Assembly (NCBI GenBank): GCA_963697405.1
Contig: CAVONY010000029.1
Coordinates: forward strand, 42,847 to 106,846
Source of the DNA: an uncultured delta proteobacterium
GTDB lineage: Bacteria > Desulfobacterota > Desulfobacteria > Desulfobacterales > Desulfosarcinaceae
DNA length: 64,000 nt
Reading direction: 5' to 3'
The notes below the pieces were generated by a model. That model ran no database searches. It was not told the DNA's origin and worked only from the letters and a program-made list of their open reading frames with translations. A program made the position numbers and the translations under genes. Shown here piece by piece: positions 60,644 to 64,000 of this stretch (positions within the stretch are counted from its first letter, which is position 1; each line of letters opens with the position of its first letter).

Positions 60644-61012
60644 ATGAAAGGGATCGTCTATCTGCTCGGCTTCGGGCACATTGCCATCTGTTCTTATTGG
60701 GTTCTGTATACCAGGCAGACCGTCGCTGCACTCAAGGGCGGGTTCCAGACATACTCGCTTAAATACCTGGCAGCCATCCCAGCCGTTTTTGGACTCCTGT
60801 TCCTCGTCTCCGCATCATCCACCACCTACCCATGGGTATTCCGTATCATCGCCCTGCTGGCCTTTTGTGAAGCGGCCGTGGCGTTTGCAGACCCGCAACA
60901 AATCTACAGCCGAATGCTCGCCTGGTACTTTCAGAATGTATCTGATCAGACGAACCGATTGTTTGGAATCATCGGCATCGTCTTTGGAACCGTCATTCTG
61001 ACCTGGATATAA
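60644..61012 (+). CDS. Hypothetical small membrane protein (4 predicted TM segments)
   Basis: AGGAG lies 9 nt upstream of the ATG at 60644. Hydrophobic throughout. Confidence 0.5.
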   Translation: MKGIVYLLGFGHIAICSYWVLYTRQTVAALKGGFQTYSLKYLAAIPAVFGLLFLVSASSTTYPWVFRIIALLAFCEAAVAFADPQQIYSRMLAWYFQNVSDQTNRLFGIIGIVFGTVILTWI

Positions 61013-61030
61013 CAGATTGGAGATTGATGC

Positions 61031-61315
61031 ATGGCACTGACAAAAAAAGACATCGTCGATCGGATGCAGGCGGAACTCGGATTTCTCAGAAATCAATCCG
61101 TTGAGATCACCGAATCCCTTCTTGAACTCATCAAGGCAACCCTGGAATCCGGTGAAGATGTCCTTGTTTCCGGCTTCGGCAAATTCTGTGTGAAGGAAAA
61201 AAAAGAACGAAAAGGCCGCAATCCCGCTACCGGTGAAGATCTGATGTTGAAACCAAGGCGGGTGGTAACGTTCAAGTGGTCAGGCAAATTAAGGGAAATG
61301 GTGGACGGGAAATGA
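61031..61315 (+). CDS. HU/IHF-family DNA-binding protein (IHF-like paralogue 2)
   Basis: MALTKKDIV...GFGKFCVKEKKERKGRNPATGEDLML...VVTFKWSGKLR. Close paralogue of the gene at 10626-10907. Confidence 0.85.
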   Translation: MALTKKDIVDRMQAELGFLRNQSVEITESLLELIKATLESGEDVLVSGFGKFCVKEKKERKGRNPATGEDLMLKPRRVVTFKWSGKLREMVDGK

Positions 61316-61659
61316 ATACTGCACGCAATCGCCGCCGATATCCTCGCCACAAGGCGCTATTCAGTGCTAAATATACAGCCAAAGAGGGAACGTATCGGGA
61401 TTTAATCCAAGATGTTGGTCCCGGCGGTGTGTTTGTATGCACCAGGCGGAAGATCGTCCAGGGCCGCGCCATTAATGTCCAATTCCCGATTTTAGTGTTC
61501 AATAAAAGGCTTAGTTTGATGGGCAAAGTGGTGCGGTGCAATGCCACGGGCTTTGCGGTAAAGTTCGACAAACCGATTGACGAGAATATTTTCAATGCAG
61601 GTGACTGGGGAGTGACATGTGCGGAAGATTCGTTGGATTCAGAAGACTTGAAGAATTGA
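61312..61659 (+). CDS. PilZ-like domain protein
   Basis: RNRRRYPRH (RxxxR) and DVGPGGVFV, a near match to D-x-S-x-x-G with G in place of S. ATGA overlap with the IHF-like stop. Confidence 0.65.
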   Translation: MNTARNRRRYPRHKALFSAKYTAKEGTYRDLIQDVGPGGVFVCTRRKIVQGRAINVQFPILVFNKRLSLMGKVVRCNATGFAVKFDKPIDENIFNAGDWGVTCAEDSLDSEDLKN

Positions 61660-62306
61660 TTGAACACTTCCCCATTGATGTAGCAAACGTCAATGTTTCG
61701 CCCAGCTACAACGTCGCTCCCACCCAGGAGATACTCGCCATTGTCCGGCATGACGACCGGAACCACCTGGAGAGACTTCACTGGGGACTGGTTCCGTTCT
61801 GGGCGAAGGATACCACCAACGGCAGCCGGATGATCAACGCCCGGTCTGAAACCGTAGCTGCCAAACCCAGCTTTCGAACGGCATTCAAGTGGCGCAGATG
61901 CCTGATCCTCGCCGATGGATTCTACGAGTGGAAGGGGGAAAAAGGAAATAAGCAGCCAATGTTCCTGACGCTGCCCGACAGCCGCCCGTTCGCATTTGCA
62001 GGCCTGTGGGAGGCTTGGGATGACAGGGGAAAAGAGCCAACCGCCTATCGTTCCGGCAGCATCCTTACCAGAGAAGCCAGTGAATCGGTCATGCCGATAC
62101 ACAACCGAATGCCGGTGATTTTAAAACCGGGAGCTTTTGATGTCTGGCTCAGTCGCGACAACCAGGACGTCCGGTTGCTCCAGGATATCATCCAGAACAA
62201 GGTCTATACCGAACTCAAAAGTGTTCGCGTGTCCAAACAGGTCAACTCGGCAAAGGTTAACCGGCCGGGCAACATACGGCCATTGGAACCGAGCGCCAGT
62301 GGTTAG
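61617..62306 (+). CDS. SOS-response-associated peptidase (SRAP/YedK) abasic-site processing protein
   Basis: MCGRF N-terminus with catalytic Cys2, plus INARSET and HNRMPVIL motifs. Confidence 0.9.
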   Translation: MCGRFVGFRRLEELIEHFPIDVANVNVSPSYNVAPTQEILAIVRHDDRNHLERLHWGLVPFWAKDTTNGSRMINARSETVAAKPSFRTAFKWRRCLILADGFYEWKGEKGNKQPMFLTLPDSRPFAFAGLWEAWDDRGKEPTAYRSGSILTREASESVMPIHNRMPVILKPGAFDVWLSRDNQDVRLLQDIIQNKVYTELKSVRVSKQVNSAKVNRPGNIRPLEPSASG

Positions 62307-62419
62307 GACGGTTCGCCTGATTCAATGACCGCGGCGTGATGGCGATCCCCCGACAGTCATCTTTACGATCTTTCCAACGATTAACCCTTTGCCCGGTTTG
62401 CCTTACTCACCCCATCCGA

Positions 62420-62659
62420 TCACCGACACTCGGGGGGTGTCTGGGTGCAGTGGGTCTTTTTCAGACGATCGGTGTATTTCGCCCAGAACCCCTTTTTGGT
62501 TTTTGCGTCCGCAGCGTCAAATTTGCGCCGGCACTCGTCCGAGCAGAAATAATGGATGCCCTTGTCGTCATCGACGGTAAATTGCACCTTGCGCGGATCA
62601 AAGGTCTTACCGCAGACGGGATCCACGGCGGTTTCCGGAATGGTATTGGTTTGGCTCAT
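62420..62659 (-). CDS. YHS/TRASH-type zinc-ribbon domain protein
   Basis: DPVCGKTFD...HYFCSDECRRKF. Confidence 0.7.
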   Translation of the reverse strand: MSQTNTIPETAVDPVCGKTFDPRKVQFTVDDDKGIHYFCSDECRRKFDAADAKTKKGFWAKYTDRLKKTHCTQTPPECR

Positions 62660-62828
62660 AAAACAACCTCCTTGCTCGTTTATGGTTACCGGACGTCTGG
62701 CAGTGGCCGCTTTTATTGACAGTCTAACTATAATACCATTTTTTCATTTCGCACGTCCAGACCTGCTCAGGTCAGGGCAACCTGCCTATCGTGACGTACC
62801 TGATCGTCAAGTAATACTCACTTCTCAT

Positions 62829-64000
62829 TTATTGATGCGCGGTTACCCTGCAGGCAGTCAGCTTGAAGGGTGCAATCTTCGAGTCCGGATCCAGTTCATC
62901 GCGGGTCAGCTCGTTCACCGGCGATTCGCCAAAGTGAAACGGCATGAAGAGTTCGCCCGGCAGGACATCATTGCTGGCTTTTATCCGCGTTGAGATCTCG
63001 CCTTGTCGGGAAGCGACCTTTACCCGCGCACCATTTTTCAGGCCGATCCTTTTAACATCATCGGGATGAATGAGGACGTATGACCGGTTGGAAAAATCCG
63101 TCAGCGCCTGGTTACGCCTGGACATGGTACAGGTATGATAGTGGTAAAGGATGCGGCCGGTGTTAAGCAAAAAAGGGTAGTCGGCATCTGCCTTTTCCGT
63201 TTGTGGAACGTAGGCCACCGGGTGCAGGATCGCCCGACCGCTGGCGGTGTTGAACTGTTTCAGGAACAGGGTGGGCGTCCCTGGATGGCCTTGGGTCGGA
63301 CATGGCCACTGGATGCCTTCCCGGTCGATCCGATGGTAGGCGATGCCGGCCATGAAGGGTGCCACGGCTGCAATTTCATCGAAGATTTCCGTTTCGTCCG
63401 CATACGGCTTCATCGGACAGCCCATCCGTTGGGCAACCTCCCAGATTATTTTCCAGTCCTGGCGAGCACCCCCGGGAGGATCGACCGCTTTTCTCACTCG
63501 GCTTACCCGTCTGTCGCTGTTCACGAAGGTGCCGTTTTTTTCTGCAAAAGTCACCCCCGGGAGAATGACATCGGCATAGGCGGTGGTCTCGGTTGGAAAA
63601 ATATCCTGCACCACCAGAAACTCCAGCCGTTGGATGGATTCACGGGTATGATTCAAGTTGGGATCGGTCAGCATCGGATTTTCGCCCATGATGTACATCC
63701 CTTTGATGCTCCCGGCATGAGCGGCCTGCATGATCTCGACGGTGGTAAGCCCAGCTTTCCCGGAAAGTGCCTCATGAGGAACGTTCCATACGGCGGCTAC
63801 TTTTTTTCGATTGGCATCATCGGTCACCGGTATGTATCCCGGATAGGACATGGGCATGCAGCCCACATCGGAAGCGCCCTGGACGTTGTTTTGCCCACGC
63901 GGCGGATTCAATCCTGAACCGATCTTCCCGATCTGTCCGCTGATCAGGCACATATTGATCAGCGAAAACACAAGGTGGGTTCCGGTTACTTGCTGGCTGC
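62829..64000 (-). CDS. Formate dehydrogenase alpha-subunit-like molybdopterin oxidoreductase, C-terminal part (gene continues past the window edge)
   Basis: NPPRGQNNVQGASDVGCMP and a C-terminal molybdopterin-dinucleotide-binding domain. The frame stays open upstream of the GTG at 63971 through to 64000 (..SQQVTGTHL..). Confidence 0.85.
   Translation of the reverse strand, partial: SQQVTGTHLVFSLINMCLISGQIGKIGSGLNPPRGQNNVQGASDVGCMPMSYPGYIPVTDDANRKKVAAVWNVPHEALSGKAGLTTVEIMQAAHAGSIKGMYIMGENPMLTDPNLNHTRESIQRLEFLVVQDIFPTETTAYADVILPGVTFAEKNGTFVNSDRRVSRVRKAVDPPGGARQDWKIIWEVAQRMGCPMKPYADETEIFDEIAAVAPFMAGIAYHRIDREGIQWPCPTQGHPGTPTLFLKQFNTASGRAILHPVAYVPQTEKADADYPFLLNTGRILYHYHTCTMSRRNQALTDFSNRSYVLIHPDDVKRIGLKNGARVKVASRQGEISTRIKASNDVLPGELFMPFHFGESPVNELTRDELDPDSKIAPFKLTACRVTAHQ

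Overview
This 64-kb window is a gene-dense chromosomal segment with fairly high GC. By inference it comes from an anaerobic deltaproteobacterium of the Desulfobacterales type, based on fhs, an FdhA-like enzyme, a HesB-like selenoprotein and feoAB. Most of it is housekeeping: groES-groEL, mfd, two SurA-like chaperones, a rodZ-like gene, mgtE, recO, glyQ-glyS, ligA, a heterodimeric ABC exporter pair, fhs, coaE, prfC, ndk, a trmJ-like gene, leuB, a UvrD-family helicase and one tRNA-Thr(CGU). I saw no rRNA, CRISPR array, transposase or integrase. The points worth a second look are listed here. (1) A 54-nt conserved core occurs twice (19.4 kb and 27.4 kb), each time inside a long stem of unrelated sequence and ending just before a start codon. 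(2) A family of heptanucleotide-periodic intergenic tracts includes a 16-unit array at 57.7 kb whose unit changes stepwise, and a 22-bp hairpin built from GTGTTAA units. (3) A HesB/IscA-like gene has an in-frame TGA, read here as selenocysteine, which the ORF track splits. (4) Two more long-stem structured intergenic elements lie at 23.5 kb and 46.1 kb. (5) An orphan GspE/PilB-family ATPase appears co-transcribed with a 472-aa protein of unknown function. (6) A CheX-CheX-FliN fusion sits away from any flagellar genes. (7) An AT-rich islet encodes a tandem trypco2-like secreted or anchored protein. (8) An ArsR/SmtB, DUF318-permease and feoAB metal cluster has a recognisable operator. (9) Three overlapping genes encode an IHF-like protein, a PilZ-like protein and an SRAP protein. 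All assignments come from reading the translations and sequence by eye; no database search was run.
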